A stretch of 64,000 nt of DNA from an uncultured delta proteobacterium (GTDB lineage Bacteria; Myxococcota; Myxococcia; Myxococcales; Anaeromyxobacteraceae): NCBI GenBank assembly GCA_963766715.1, contig CAVYBH010000013.1, positions 256,001-320,000 on the forward strand, read 5' to 3'. A program made the translations under genes and the position numbers. The notes below the pieces were generated by a model. It was not told the origin of the DNA. It did no database searches and worked only from the letters and a program-made list of their open reading frames with translations. This document shows positions 13,128 to 25,188 of the stretch, one piece after another (position 1 is the stretch's first letter; each line of letters starts with the position of its first letter).

Positions 13128-14248
13128 TGGGCGCGCTCCTCCGGTCGCTCCAGGACAGGAAGATCGCGGTGGTGGTGGGGAGCGGCGGCGTCGGCAAGAC
13201 GTCGCTCTCGGCCGCCATCGCCCTCTCCCGCGCGCTCGAGGGCGGGCGGGTGCTCGTGTGCACCATCGACCCGGCCCGCCGGCTCGCCACGGCCCTCGGG
13301 CTCGCGTCGCTCGGGAACACCGAGGCCCGCATCCCGGACGAGGCCTTCACGCGCGCCGGGCTCGAGCCCCGGGGCGAGATGTTCGCCATGATGCTCGACG
13401 TGAAGCGCACCTGGGACGACCTGGTGACGCGCCACGCGCCCGACGCCGCCACGCGCGACCGGATCCTCGGCAACCGCATCTACCAGCAAGTCTCCGGCGC
13501 CCTGGCCGGCTCGCAGGAGTACATGGCGATGGAGAAGCTCTACGAGCTCTCCACGGAGCGGGACTACGACCTGATCGTCCTCGACACGCCTCCCACCGTC
13601 CACGCCCTCGACTTCCTGGAGGCGCCCGACCGGATCCTCGACTTCGTGGGGAACGAGACGGCCCGGAAGCTCTTCGCCCCGGCCATCGGCGCCGGCCGCT
13701 TCGGGGCGCGCCTCATCCAGGCGGGCACGAGCTACGTGGCGAAGATCCTCTCCCGCTTCACCGGATCCGACGTGCTCCACGACGTCGGCGACTTCCTCGG
13801 GCAGTTCCAGGGCATGTACGACGGCTTCAAGGACCGGGCCTCCGCGGTCCGGACGCTCCTCACCCGCCCGGAGGTGGGGTTCGTGCTGGTGGCGAGCCCC
13901 AGCCCGCTCTCGGTGGACGAGGCGCTCTTCTTCCACGACCACCTCCGGACCGCCGGGATGCCGGTGGCCGGCGCCGTGGCGAACCGCGTGACGCCCGACC
14001 TCTGGCCCCTTCCCGGGGCGCTCCCCGGGGCGGCGGCGCTCGGCAACGCGCTCGGCGGGGAGGGAGACGCCACGCTGCCGGAGCGGATGGCCCGGACGCT
14101 CGCCGAGCACCAGGCCTTCGCCCACGCCGACGAGCGGGAGCTGGGGCGATTCCGCCGCGGGGCGCCCGGGCCCTTCGCGGCCGTCCCGCAGCTGGAGGGG
14201 GACGTCCACGACCTCTCCGGGCTGGCGGCGCTGGCCCGGCACCTCTGA
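13127..14248 (+). CDS. ArsA/Get3-like ATPase (second of a pair)
   Basis: GSGGVGKTS, TIDPARRLA, QEYMAMEKL, VLDTPPT; TGA/ATG coupling with the upstream gene. Confidence 0.88.
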   Translation: MGALLRSLQDRKIAVVVGSGGVGKTSLSAAIALSRALEGGRVLVCTIDPARRLATALGLASLGNTEARIPDEAFTRAGLEPRGEMFAMMLDVKRTWDDLVTRHAPDAATRDRILGNRIYQQVSGALAGSQEYMAMEKLYELSTERDYDLIVLDTPPTVHALDFLEAPDRILDFVGNETARKLFAPAIGAGRFGARLIQAGTSYVAKILSRFTGSDVLHDVGDFLGQFQGMYDGFKDRASAVRTLLTRPEVGFVLVASPSPLSVDEALFFHDHLRTAGMPVAGAVANRVTPDLWPLPGALPGAAALGNALGGEGDATLPERMARTLAEHQAFAHADERELGRFRRGAPGPFAAVPQLEGDVHDLSGLAALARHL

Positions 14249-14259
14249 AAGGGAATCCC

Positions 14260-16088
<1,829 letters not shown>

Positions 16089-16157
16089 GCGCGAATCGCG
16101 GGCTCATGACGGGTGGCGGAGGCCTGCGGCCCCGCCTAGGAGACACGGGGAGCCCAC

Positions 16158-17327
16158 GTGACCGCAGAGACCCGCATCCCCCTCGTCCCCTCGCCCGAAA
16201 CGGCCCTCGGACCAGACGAGCTCCAGCGGTACGCCCGTCATCTCTCCCTCCCCGAGGTGGGGCTCGCCGGGCAACGGAGGATCAAGCAGGCGCGGATCCT
16301 GCTCGTCGGAGCGGGCGGCCTGGGGTCTCCCGCCGCGCTCTACCTCGCGGCCGCCGGCGTGGGGCACCTCTCGCTCGTCGAGTTCGACGTGGTCGAGCTC
16401 TCGAACCTCCAGCGCCAGGTCCTTCACGGCACGAAGGATCTGGGGCGTCCCAAGGGAGAGTCGGCCCGCGATCGGCTGCTCGACCTGAACCCCCACCTGT
16501 CGCTCACGCTCCACGACCACCGCCTCGATGCCGGCAACGCCCTCGACCTGGTCCGCGACCACGACCTGGTCGTGGACGGCACCGACAACTTCGGCACGCG
16601 CTACCTGGTGAACGACGCCTGCGTCCTGGCGGGGCGCCCCAACGTCCACGCGAGCATCTACCGCTTCGACGGGCAGGCCTCGGTCTTCTCCGCCGCCGGC
16701 GGCCCCTGCTACCGATGCCTCTATCCGTCCCCGCCCCCGCCGGGCGAGGCGCCCTCCTGCGCCGAGGGCGGCGTCCTCGGGGTCCTCCCGGGCCTGCTCG
16801 GAACGATCCAGGCCACCGAGGCCCTGAAGCTGGTGACCGGCATCGGCCAGCCACTCGTCGGGCGGCTGCTGCTCGTCGACGCGCTCGCCATGCAGTTTCG
16901 CACCGTGAAGGTCCCCAAGGATCCCGCCTGCCCGGCCTGTGGGACGCGGACCCTTCGCGAGCTGCGGGAAGAGACCGTCGCGTGCGCGCCTGCGCCCGCG
17001 GGCGACCGGGTCCCGGAGGTCACGCCCGCCGAGCTGGTCGAGCGGCTCGGCCGCGGCGAGCCGATCACGCTGCTCGACGTCCGCGAGCCACCGGAGCTGG
17101 AGATCGCCCGGATCCCGGGCGCCCGGCTCGCTCCCCTGTCGCGCCTGGCGGAGGAGATGGCCAGGCTCGATCCCTCCAGGGAGATCGTCGCCTTCTGCCG
17201 GAGCGGCGTCCGCAGCCAGACCGCCGGGTTGAAGCTCCGGGCGGCCGGCTTCGCCCGGGTGTCGTCGCTCGCAGGCGGGATCCTCCGCTACGCGGCCGAC
17301 GTCGACCCGTCGATCCCCCGGTACTGA
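16158..17327 (+). CDS. moeB: MoeB/MoeZ-type adenylyltransferase with a C-terminal rhodanese domain
   Basis: RYARHLSLPEVG, GAGGLGSP, SNLQRQ, CYRC...CPAC, rhodanese LLDVRE...FCRSGVRS. Confidence 0.92.
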   Translation: MTAETRIPLVPSPETALGPDELQRYARHLSLPEVGLAGQRRIKQARILLVGAGGLGSPAALYLAAAGVGHLSLVEFDVVELSNLQRQVLHGTKDLGRPKGESARDRLLDLNPHLSLTLHDHRLDAGNALDLVRDHDLVVDGTDNFGTRYLVNDACVLAGRPNVHASIYRFDGQASVFSAAGGPCYRCLYPSPPPPGEAPSCAEGGVLGVLPGLLGTIQATEALKLVTGIGQPLVGRLLLVDALAMQFRTVKVPKDPACPACGTRTLRELREETVACAPAPAGDRVPEVTPAELVERLGRGEPITLLDVREPPELEIARIPGARLAPLSRLAEEMARLDPSREIVAFCRSGVRSQTAGLKLRAAGFARVSSLAGGILRYAADVDPSIPRY

Positions 17328-17333
17328 CGCGAC

Positions 17334-18329
17334 TCAGCCGTCGCGCGGGAGCGGTCGAGGAACGAGCGACTTGCTCGCCAGGAACTCGGGGTTGAAGACC
17401 TTGGAGGCGTAGCGGCTGCCGTGGTCGCACAGGAAGGTGACGATGCGAAGGCCCTCCCCTCGGTGCCGGCGCGCGTACTCGTAGGCGGCGCGCACGTTGA
17501 GCGCGGCCGAGGTCCCGACCACCAGCGCATCCTCCCGCGCCAGGTGGTAGAGCATCTCGATCATCTCCTGGTCGGAGACGCGGACGGCCTCGTCCACGCG
17601 CGCCTGTCGGAAGTTCTCGGTGATCCGCATGATCCCGATGCCCTCGGTGATCGAGCTCCCCGAGGCCTCGACCTTCCCCTCGCGAACCCAGCAGTAGAGC
17701 CCGGAGCCGGCCGGATCGACGAGGACCACGTGCGTCTCCGGCCGCCGCGACTTGAGGTACCGGCTGGTTCCGGAGAGCGTCCCGCCCGTGCCCACCGCCG
17801 ACACGAGCACGTCCACGCGCCCCTCGCACTGCTCGAAGATCTCCGGCCCGGTGGTCTCGGCGTGGAAGTCCCCGTTCGCGGTGTTCTCGAACTGGTTCGC
17901 CCAGAACCAGCCCTCCTTCTCGGCCAGGATGCGCGCCTGGTGGAAGAAGTGGGCAGGGTTCGCGAAGGGCACCACCGGCACCTTCCGCACGTCCACGCCC
18001 ATGGCCTCGAGCAGCTCGTACTTCTCGCGGGCCTGGTTGTCCGGCATGGTCACGACCACCCGGTAGCCGCGCTCGACCCCCAGGAGGCCCAGGCCGATGC
18101 CGGTGTTCCCGGCCGTTCCCTCGACGATGGTCGAGCCGGGACGCAGCTTCCCCTCCGCCTCGGCGCGCCGGATCATGCCCTTGGCGGCGCGGTCCTTGAT
18201 GCTGCCGCCCGGGTTCATGAACTCGGCCTTGCCGAGGATTTCGCATCCGGTGAGGCGCGACAGCGACTCGATGCGGAGGAGCGGCGTGTCCCCCACCACG
18301 TCCCAGAGCTTTCCGACCTTGGCCGTCAT
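17334..18329 (-). CDS. cysK: Cysteine synthase A family (PLP)
   Basis: GKAEFMNPGGSIKDR, EGTAGNTGIG, GTGGT, TEGIG. Confidence 0.9.
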   Translation of the reverse strand: MTAKVGKLWDVVGDTPLLRIESLSRLTGCEILGKAEFMNPGGSIKDRAAKGMIRRAEAEGKLRPGSTIVEGTAGNTGIGLGLLGVERGYRVVVTMPDNQAREKYELLEAMGVDVRKVPVVPFANPAHFFHQARILAEKEGWFWANQFENTANGDFHAETTGPEIFEQCEGRVDVLVSAVGTGGTLSGTSRYLKSRRPETHVVLVDPAGSGLYCWVREGKVEASGSSITEGIGIMRITENFRQARVDEAVRVSDQEMIEMLYHLAREDALVVGTSAALNVRAAYEYARRHRGEGLRIVTFLCDHGSRYASKVFNPEFLASKSLVPRPLPRDG

Positions 18330-19525
18330 GTCGCCTCCCCGCGGCCGGGGTGGCCGGCCCGCCCGACCTCCGCGAGGAAGCTCGTCCCCTCGGCGGCGCG
18401 CAGGCCGAAGTAGGCCGCCACCGTGGCGCCCAGGTCGGCGAAGGTCGATCGGGTTCCGAGCGGCACGCCCGGCCGGCCCGGCACGTTCACGAGGAGTGGA
18501 ACGTACTCCCGGGAATGATCGGTCGACGGCGTGGTCGGATCGCAGCCGTGGTCGGCGGTGAGCGCGAGGACGTCGCCGGCGCGGAGCTGGCCCAGGACGG
18601 ACGGCAGCTCCCGGTCCATCGCCTCGAGCCCCCGCGCGTAGCCGCGCACGTCGTTGCGGTGCCCCCAGAGCATGTCGAAGTCGACCAGGTTCACGAAGAG
18701 GAGCCCGCGGTCCAGGCGGGCGAGGATCTCGGCGGTCCGGCGCATCCCGTCCGCGTTGCCCGCCGTGTGCACGTCCTCGGAGAGTCCGCGCCGATCGTAG
18801 ATGTCCCCGATCTTGCCGACCCCGACCACCGGCACGCCCGCCCCCGCGAGCTGCTCGAGGACGGTGGGGCGCGGGGGCTCGAGCGAGAAGTCCTTCCGGT
18901 TGTACGTCCTCGTGTAGGCGCCGGGCTTGCCCACGAACGGCCGGGCGATCACCCGCGCGACCCGGAGCGGGTCGAGGATGCGGCGCGCCTCCCGGCACCA
19001 GGCGTAGAGGGTCTCGAGCGGGACGGTCTCCTCGTGGGCCGCCACCTGGAAGACCGAGTCGGCCGAGGTGTAGACGATGGGCTTTCCGGTCCGCTGGTGC
19101 TCCTCACCCAGCTCCTGGATGATCTCGGTCCCGCTCGCCGCCCGGTTGGCGAGGACGCCCGGCACACCGGTCGCCGCGATCCACGGATCGAGCACCTCCG
19201 GCGGGAATCCCCCCGGGTAGAGCGCCAGCGGCTCGGCGAGGGAGACGCCCATCATCTCCCAGTGGCCGGTGATGGTGTCCTTGCCCGGGGAGCGCTCCGC
19301 CATCCGTCCCCAGGAGGCGGTCGGCCGGTCCACCGGCGGCACGCCCTGGATGGTCAGGATGTTCCCGAGCCCCATCCGGCCCAGCACCGGGAGCGAGAGC
19401 CCGCCCACCGCGCGGCTCAGGTTTCCCAGCGTGTCGGAACCCGCGTCGCCGTAGGAGGCGGCGTCGGGCAAGGCGCCCGCTCCCACGCTGTCGGCGACCA
19501 GGATGACGAACCGGCCGGACGTCAC
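18326..19525 (-). CDS. deoB: Phosphopentomutase
   Basis: DSVGAGALPDA, GKDTITGHWEM, YTSADSVFQ, NLVDFDMLWGHRND, TADHGCDPT. Confidence 0.95.
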   Translation of the reverse strand: MTSGRFVILVADSVGAGALPDAASYGDAGSDTLGNLSRAVGGLSLPVLGRMGLGNILTIQGVPPVDRPTASWGRMAERSPGKDTITGHWEMMGVSLAEPLALYPGGFPPEVLDPWIAATGVPGVLANRAASGTEIIQELGEEHQRTGKPIVYTSADSVFQVAAHEETVPLETLYAWCREARRILDPLRVARVIARPFVGKPGAYTRTYNRKDFSLEPPRPTVLEQLAGAGVPVVGVGKIGDIYDRRGLSEDVHTAGNADGMRRTAEILARLDRGLLFVNLVDFDMLWGHRNDVRGYARGLEAMDRELPSVLGQLRAGDVLALTADHGCDPTTPSTDHSREYVPLLVNVPGRPGVPLGTRSTFADLGATVAAYFGLRAAEGTSFLAEVGRAGHPGRGEAT

Positions 19526-20220
19526 GGTCGCCTCAGCCCCCGAACGATTCCGCCGGCGATGGCCGGGCCCGAGCTCGTGCCGATGCGGTCGGCCCCGGCG
19601 CGCACCATGCGCAGCGCGTCGTCGGCGGTGCGGATTCCTCCCGACGCCTTCACCCCGACCGCCGGGCCCACCGAGGCGCGCAGGAGCGCCACGTCCTCGG
19701 CCGTCGCGCCACCCCCGGCGTAGCCGGTGGAGGTCTTCACCCAGGCTGCCCCGGCCGCCTGGGCGAGCGCGCAGGCCGCCACCTTCTCGTCGTGCGAGAG
19801 GCGGCTCGTCTCCAGGATCACCTTCACGGGCACGCGCGCCGCGGTCACCACCTCCTGCAGGTCGCGCAGGACGGCCCCGTGATCGCGGGCCTGCAGGGCG
19901 GCGCGCCCCAGCACCACGTCGACCTCGGCGGCGCCGGCCTCGGCCGCGGCCCGGGCCTCCCGAGCCCGTGCGCCGGTGCTCCCCGCGCCCTCCGGGAAGT
20001 CGACGGTGGCGACCACCGCCACGCCGCTCCCGGCGAGCGCGCGCGCCGCGCGACCCACCCAGCGGGAACGGACGCAGACCGCCGCGAACCCGTGCTGCCG
20101 CGCCTCGTCGCAGGTGCGGACGATGTCGGCCTCGGCGGCGTCCTCGCGGAGCAGCGTGTGCTCGAGGAGCGGGGCCAGGTTGCGCGGCTCGCGAATCGCG
20201 TCGGGGGAGAGGATGGCCAA
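19522..20220 (-). CDS. deoC: Deoxyribose-phosphate aldolase
   Basis: EHTLL, VKVILET, VKTSTGY, GVKASGGIR, RIGTS. Confidence 0.95.
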   Translation of the reverse strand: MAILSPDAIREPRNLAPLLEHTLLREDAAEADIVRTCDEARQHGFAAVCVRSRWVGRAARALAGSGVAVVATVDFPEGAGSTGARAREARAAAEAGAAEVDVVLGRAALQARDHGAVLRDLQEVVTAARVPVKVILETSRLSHDEKVAACALAQAAGAAWVKTSTGYAGGGATAEDVALLRASVGPAVGVKASGGIRTADDALRMVRAGADRIGTSSGPAIAGGIVRGLRRP

Positions 20221-20229
20221 CTCGTGCTC

Positions 20230-21108
20230 CTATCCGGGCTCGCCCCGGGCGCGGGACAGCATCACCACTTCCGCCGGCTCGGTCGCGTCGCCGCATCCGC
20301 CCGCTTCGCCCTCCTCGGCATCGATCCAGGGATCGCGGCCGGAGACCTCGCCCAGCCGCTGCTGGAGATCCCGGTCGAGCAGCCGGCTCGGGATCACGCG
20401 CGAGAGCGCGGAGAGCAGGTTTCCCTTCACGGCCGGGTGCTCGGCCGAGAGCTCGGTGAGCAGCGCCTTCACCCGCTTGCGCATGAGGTTCGGCTGGGAC
20501 CCGCACAGGCCGCAAGGCACGATCGGGAAGCGCATGGCCTCGGCGAAGGCGGCGATCTCCTCCTCGGCGGCGTAGGCCATCGGCCGGATCACCACGTTGC
20601 GCCCGTCGTCGGAGCGCAGCTTGACCGGCATGGTCTGCAGCCGTCCGGAGTAGAGCGCGGACATGAGGAGCGTCTCGATGAGGTCGTCGCGGTGGTGGCC
20701 GAGCGCGATCTTGTTGCAGCCCATCTCGATGGCCGCGTTGTAGAGGATGCCCCGGCGGAGCCGGGAGCAGGCGGAGCAGTAGGTGCCGCCCTCGGGCACG
20801 ACCCGCTTCACGATGGAGAGCGTGTCCTGGGACAGCATCCGGTAGGGCACGCCCACGGCGCGGAAGTGGGCCTCCAGCGTGGCGGCCGGGAAGCCCGGGT
20901 GCCCCTGGTCGAGGTTCACGGCCGTCAGGTCGAACTGGATGGGCGCCCGCTCCCGGAGCCGGGAAAGCAGGTGCAGGAGGACGTAGCTGTCCTTGCCGCC
21001 GGAGACCGCGACCAGGATCCGGTCCCCGTCCGCGACGAGGTCGAAGTCCTCGATGGCCCGGGCCGTGGCGCGCAGCAGGCGCCTCTCCAGCCTTTCGGTC
21101 TCCTTCAT
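20230..21108 (-). CDS. ttcA: tRNA 2-thiocytidine(32) synthetase
   Basis: SGGKDS PP-loop, CSACSRLRRG, ALGHHRDD, CGLCGSQ. Confidence 0.95.
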   Translation of the reverse strand: MKETERLERRLLRATARAIEDFDLVADGDRILVAVSGGKDSYVLLHLLSRLRERAPIQFDLTAVNLDQGHPGFPAATLEAHFRAVGVPYRMLSQDTLSIVKRVVPEGGTYCSACSRLRRGILYNAAIEMGCNKIALGHHRDDLIETLLMSALYSGRLQTMPVKLRSDDGRNVVIRPMAYAAEEEIAAFAEAMRFPIVPCGLCGSQPNLMRKRVKALLTELSAEHPAVKGNLLSALSRVIPSRLLDRDLQQRLGEVSGRDPWIDAEEGEAGGCGDATEPAEVVMLSRARGEPG

Positions 21109-21209
21109 GCAGGCGAGGTATAGCCCACGTTCCGTCGGGGGGCCTCGCCTTTTCCTTTGACGGGCCGGGGCGCTTTGGATAAACGGCGCGAACGCACCCG
21201 GGGAGAGAA

Positions 21210-21471
21210 ATGGCGCCGAAGGATTCTGGGAACCAAGCACACCTGCTTCAAGTGCTCCACGAAGTTCTACGACCTCAAGAAGCCGGTGCCGGTCTGCCCG
21301 AAGTGTGGGGCCGACCAGCGGGAGAGTCCGGCCCTGAAGGCGCCGCCCGTCGAGCGACGCGCCCGCGCGGCCGCGCGAAAGCCGGAGCCGGAGGTCGAGG
21401 CCGTCGAGGGCGACGAGGAGGTCGCGCTCGACGAGACCGAGGAAGAGCCCACGGAGGAGGACGAGCCCTAG
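21210..21471 (+). CDS. FYDLN-type zinc-ribbon protein with an acidic tail, frameshift near the start
   Basis: [28 protein letters not shown] plus acidic tail; upstream TTGACG-17-TAAACG. Confidence 0.85.
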
Positions 21472-21495
21472 CGTCTCGCTCCTCCCCTCGCTCCC

Positions 21496-22158
21496 TCAGC
21501 CTCCGAAGTCGAAGTCGAGCGTGGCCGGCCCCGTGGCGGGAACGGTCGCGCTGCCCTTCTTCTCTCCCAGCTTCTCGTGCCAGGCGGTCACCTCGTAGGT
21601 GCCGGGCGGCAGGTTCGGGATGACGAAGGCGCCGTCCTCGCCGGTGACGGCGGAGGGCCCGTCGACCACCCAGACGTAGGCGCTCATCCAGGCGTGCACG
21701 TCGCAGCGCACCACGACCAGCCCGGGCTTCTTCATCTGCCGGGCGATGCGCTGGTCCTTCGAGGGCATGGCCAGGTTGAAGGCGGTCGCCTGTCCCAGGT
21801 AGCCGTGGACGTTGTGGAGGGTCGGGTCGCCGTTCACGACCTCGAGGGTGCTCCCCAGCGGGATGGCCTGGACATGGGGCACGTAGCGGCAGGTGCGCTG
21901 GTCGAGCGTCGCCTTCCCCGGCGACGGAGCGGGCGCCCCCTTCACCACCACCACGACGTTGCGGAGCTTGCCGCCGGCGACCTGGACGGTCTCGTCCGGC
22001 ACCGAGTCCCCGCACAGGGCCCGTTCCTTGGTCGTCTCGAGGGTCGCAGGCCCGGGGGGAGCGCCCTGGAACCGGGCAACGCCGCGGAGTTCCCCTGCGG
22101 GAGCGGCCGAGGGGAGGAGCGCGAGCAGGGCGGCGAGGGCCAGGGCGGGTCGGTTCAT
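21496..22158 (-). CDS. Secreted cupredoxin-like / carboxypeptidase-regulatory-like domain protein
   Basis: Signal peptide; LDQRTCRYVPHV, NGDPTLHNVH, RCDVHAWMSAY, LPPGTYEVTAWHE. Confidence 0.7.
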   Translation of the reverse strand: MNRPALALAALLALLPSAAPAGELRGVARFQGAPPGPATLETTKERALCGDSVPDETVQVAGGKLRNVVVVVKGAPAPSPGKATLDQRTCRYVPHVQAIPLGSTLEVVNGDPTLHNVHGYLGQATAFNLAMPSKDQRIARQMKKPGLVVVRCDVHAWMSAYVWVVDGPSAVTGEDGAFVIPNLPPGTYEVTAWHEKLGEKKGSATVPATGPATLDFDFGG

Positions 22159-22258
22159 GCCCCAGACATACCCCGACTCGCGCCCTTTTCGGGGCCCCGA
22201 CCGGGGCCCGACGTGCCCTTGACCGGGATCAGGTCGCCCCTTAAATGTCCGTTCACCC

Positions 22259-23180
22259 ATGCTCGAGTACCGGCTCGCCCGGGCCACTGCCGCGGCCACC
22301 TTCGTCCTCCTCGTCATCGGGGGCATGGTCCACGCCACCGGGTCCTCTCTCGCCTGCCCGGACTGGCCCCTCTGCTACGGCCAGTTCTTCCCGTCCATGG
22401 AGGGAGGCGTCCTCTACGAGCACGGACACCGCCTGGTGGCGCTCTCCGTCTCGGTGCTGACCGGCGCGCTCGCGTTCGTGGTCTGGCGCCGGCGCCGGGA
22501 GACCGCGGTCCGGGTCGGCTCGATCCTCGCCGTGGGACTCGTGCTCTTCCAGGCCTCGCTCGGCGCCTTCACCGTGATCTGGAAGCTGCCGCTGGTGGTG
22601 TCGTCGGGCCACCTCGCCACGTCGATGGCCTTCTTCTCGCTGCTCGTGTGGCTCTCCTGGCGCCTCGCGCCCGCCTCGGTCGCGGCCGCGGAGTCCCCGG
22701 CGCCGCTCGGGCGTCCGCGCGATCGCGCTCGCCGCCGCCGTCGCCGTGTACCTCCAGATCGTCCTGGGGGCGCTCGTTCGCCACACCGGCTCCGGTCTCG
22801 CCTGCGGCAGCGAGGTGCTCCTCTGCCAGGGCGGCCTCTGGCCCCTGGGCGGGCCGGCCCAGCTCGTGACGCTGCACCGGTTCGCCGGCGTGGCGGTCGG
22901 GGTCCTCGTGATCGCCGCATCGCTCGTGGCGCTTCGCTCCGGCCCACTCCGCGCCCGTCGCGCCGCGCTCCTCGCACCCGTCCTCGTCGTCCTCCAGGTC
23001 CTGCTCGGCGCCTGGACGGTGTGGAGCCTCATCTCCGTCCCGGTGGTGAGCCTGCACCTGGGAGTCGGCGCGCTCCTGCTCGCCGACAGCCTCGTCCTCT
23101 TCCTCCTCACCGGTCCGCAGCCCGCGCCCCGGCGCGCCAGCGACGACCGCCTTCCCGGATACGCACATGCTGCGGGGTGA
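22259..23180 (+). CDS. ctaA: Heme A synthase COX15/CtaA, frameshifted at about 22710
   Basis: GSSLACPDWPLCYG, EHGHR, repeated second half GSGLACG...LHR. Confidence 0.88.
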
Positions 23181-23183
23181 CAC

Positions 23184-24095
23184 GTGATCCCGATCCAGAG
23201 CCGCGCCACCGCGCGCACCGCCTTCTCCCCGCTGCAGGCGGTGCGGGGGCTGGGTGACCTCTTCGCCCTCGCCAAGCCGCGCCTCTCCGGGATGGTGGTC
23301 TCCACCACCGCGGCGGGCATCTGGCTCGCGCCGGAGCAGCCCTCGGCCCCTCGCGCCGCCGCGGTGCTCGCCGGCACGGCCATGGTCGTCGGCGCGGCCA
23401 ACATCCTGAACAACTACCTGGAGCGCGACGTCGACGGCCTCATGCGCCGGACCTGGGGGCGCCCGCTGCCCGCCGGCCGCGTCGAGCCGGGGACGGCGCT
23501 CGCCCTCGGCCTCGGCCTTCCCGCGTTCGCCATCCCGATGCTGGCCTTCGCCGCGAACCCGCTCACGGCGCTCCTCGCGCTCGTGGCGCTGGTGAGCTAC
23601 GCCTTCGTCTACACGCCCATGAAGCGCTGGAGCACCGCGGCGCTCTTCGTGGGCGCCATCCCGGGCGCCATTCCCCCGCTCATGGGCTGGACCGCCGCCA
23701 CCGGATCGATCGACGCGCGCGGGCTCGCGCTCTTCGCGCTCCTCTTCGTCTGGCAGCTCCCCCACTTCCTCGCCATCTCCGTCTACCTGAAGGAGGACTA
23801 CGCGCGCGGCGGCCTGAAGGTCTTCGCGCTGGTCCACGGGGAGCGGGCGGCCAAGGTCTGGGCGGTCGGCACGAGCGCCCTCCTCGTCCCGGTGGGCATG
23901 CTCCCCGCCTTCCTGGGCATGGCGTCCTGGGGCTTCGGCGCGGCGGCGGCGCTGCTCGGCGGAGGGCTGACCGCTGCGGCGGCGAGCGGGCTGCGCATCC
24001 CCGACGGCTCGTCGCGCTGGGCCCGCAACTTCTTCCTCTCGACGCTGCTCTACCTGGTGCTGGTCTTCATCGCCCTGTTCCTCGGGGCGAGGTAG
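23184..24095 (+). CDS. cyoE: Heme O synthase (protoheme IX farnesyltransferase)
   Basis: LAKPR, NNYLERDVDGLMRRT..RPLP, YTPMKR, WQLPHF, DY. Confidence 0.93.
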   Translation: MIPIQSRATARTAFSPLQAVRGLGDLFALAKPRLSGMVVSTTAAGIWLAPEQPSAPRAAAVLAGTAMVVGAANILNNYLERDVDGLMRRTWGRPLPAGRVEPGTALALGLGLPAFAIPMLAFAANPLTALLALVALVSYAFVYTPMKRWSTAALFVGAIPGAIPPLMGWTAATGSIDARGLALFALLFVWQLPHFLAISVYLKEDYARGGLKVFALVHGERAAKVWAVGTSALLVPVGMLPAFLGMASWGFGAAAALLGGGLTAAAASGLRIPDGSSRWARNFFLSTLLYLVLVFIALFLGAR

Positions 24096-24105
24096 CCTGC
24101 CGGTC

Positions 24106-24539
24106 TTGACCCTCGGCGAGATCCTTCCCCCGGTGAACGCCGCGTTCAACGCGACGCAGCGCCACGCTGCTGGTCCTGGGCTGGCGCGCCATCCGGACCG
24201 GCCAGCGGACCCGCCACCGGAATCTCGATGATCTCGGCGCTCGGGACGTCGGCGCTCTTCCTCGTCGGCTACCTGACCCGGATGGCTCTCACCGGCACCC
24301 ACCGCTTCCCCGGGCAGGGCGGGCTGCGCACCGCCTACCTGCTGCTCCTCGGCAGCCACACCCTGCTCGCCGCCGCGATCGTCCCCCTGATCGGCGTCAC
24401 CCTGTGGCTCGCCTGGAAGGGGCGGTTCGATGCGCACCGCCGCATCGCGCGCTACACGATGCCGGCCTGGCTCTACGTGTCGGTCACCGGCGTGCTCGTG
24501 TACGTCATGCTCTACTGGGTGGCGCCAATCGTCTCTTGA
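24106..24539 (+). CDS. DUF420 family membrane protein, frameshifted
   Basis: LPPVNAAFN..., SALFLVGYL, HRRIARYTMPAWLYVSVTGVLVY. Confidence 0.8.
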
Positions 24540-24564
24540 CACCCGGCGTCCCGACCCGTAAACA
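24536..24564 (+). promoter_or_regulatory. Putative sigma70 promoter of tRNA-Ala
   Basis: TTGACA-17 nt-TAAACA, about 35 nt upstream of the tRNA. Confidence 0.55.
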
Positions 24565-24599
24565 AGCCCCCTCCCCACCCGCGGGAGACGTGCGAATAC

Positions 24600-24675
24600 G
24601 GGGCTGTAGCTCAGCTGGGAGAGCGCTAGAATCGCACTCTAGAGGTCGTCGGTTCGATCCCGATCAGCTCCACCA
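24600..24675 (+). tRNA. tRNA-Ala(CGC)
   Basis: Acceptor GGGGCTG/CAGCTCC with G3:U70, anticodon stem CTAGA/TCTAG around ATCGCAC, GGTTCGATCC T-arm, encoded CCA. Confidence 0.97.
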
Positions 24676-24683
24676 AATCAGAG

Positions 24684-24716
24684 GGCCCGGTCCGAAACGA
24701 CCGGGCCTTCCCTTTT
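24684..24716 (+). terminator. Intrinsic terminator after the tRNA
   Basis: GGCCCGGTC-cgaaac-GACCGGGCC hairpin followed by TTCCCTTTT. Confidence 0.7.
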
Positions 24717-24739
24717 CCGGGCTGCCAGGCGAGGGCCCG

Positions 24740-25166
24740 TCAGCCCCCGCGTCGCGCCACCACGAACTGGGCCGTGACCGCGTCCATCGACTGGATGTGG
24801 GCCACGAACCAGGTGGGGACCGCCTCGGCGACGTAGGACCAGAGCCGGCCCGTGTCCCCGGTCTCCCGGAAATGGGTCTCCTCCGATTCCATCTCGTCGA
24901 TGACCCGGTCGTGCTCCCCCTTGTGCATCGGATAGGGAGGGAACCCGGACTGGCGCATCGCCTCCTCCTCCCGCCCGAAGTGCTCCTGGGTGTGCTGCAG
25001 GAGCGCCTCGAAGTGGTGGAGCACCGTCTCGACCGGGACCTTGCCCGTCCGGTGTCCCTTCACGGCCTCGGCCAGGTCGTTGAGCAGGCGACCCTCCTCC
25101 CGGTGATCGTCGTTGATGAACGGGAAGCGCGACCTGGGGGATGGCTTCGAGATCGACGATGGGCAT
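24740..25166 (-). CDS. Bacteriohemerythrin, frameshift near the start
   Basis: INDDH, HFGREEEAM...PYPMHKGEH, WFVAHIQSMD. Confidence 0.88.
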
Positions 25167-25188
25167 GGGTCCCTGATAACTGTAGGCG

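Noticed and set aside
12192..14248. ArsA ATPases as an arsenic efflux operon linked to the ArsM-like gene
   Set aside because: No arsB, arsD or arsR; 36 kb from the methylase; pattern fits Get3/BagAB-like pairs.
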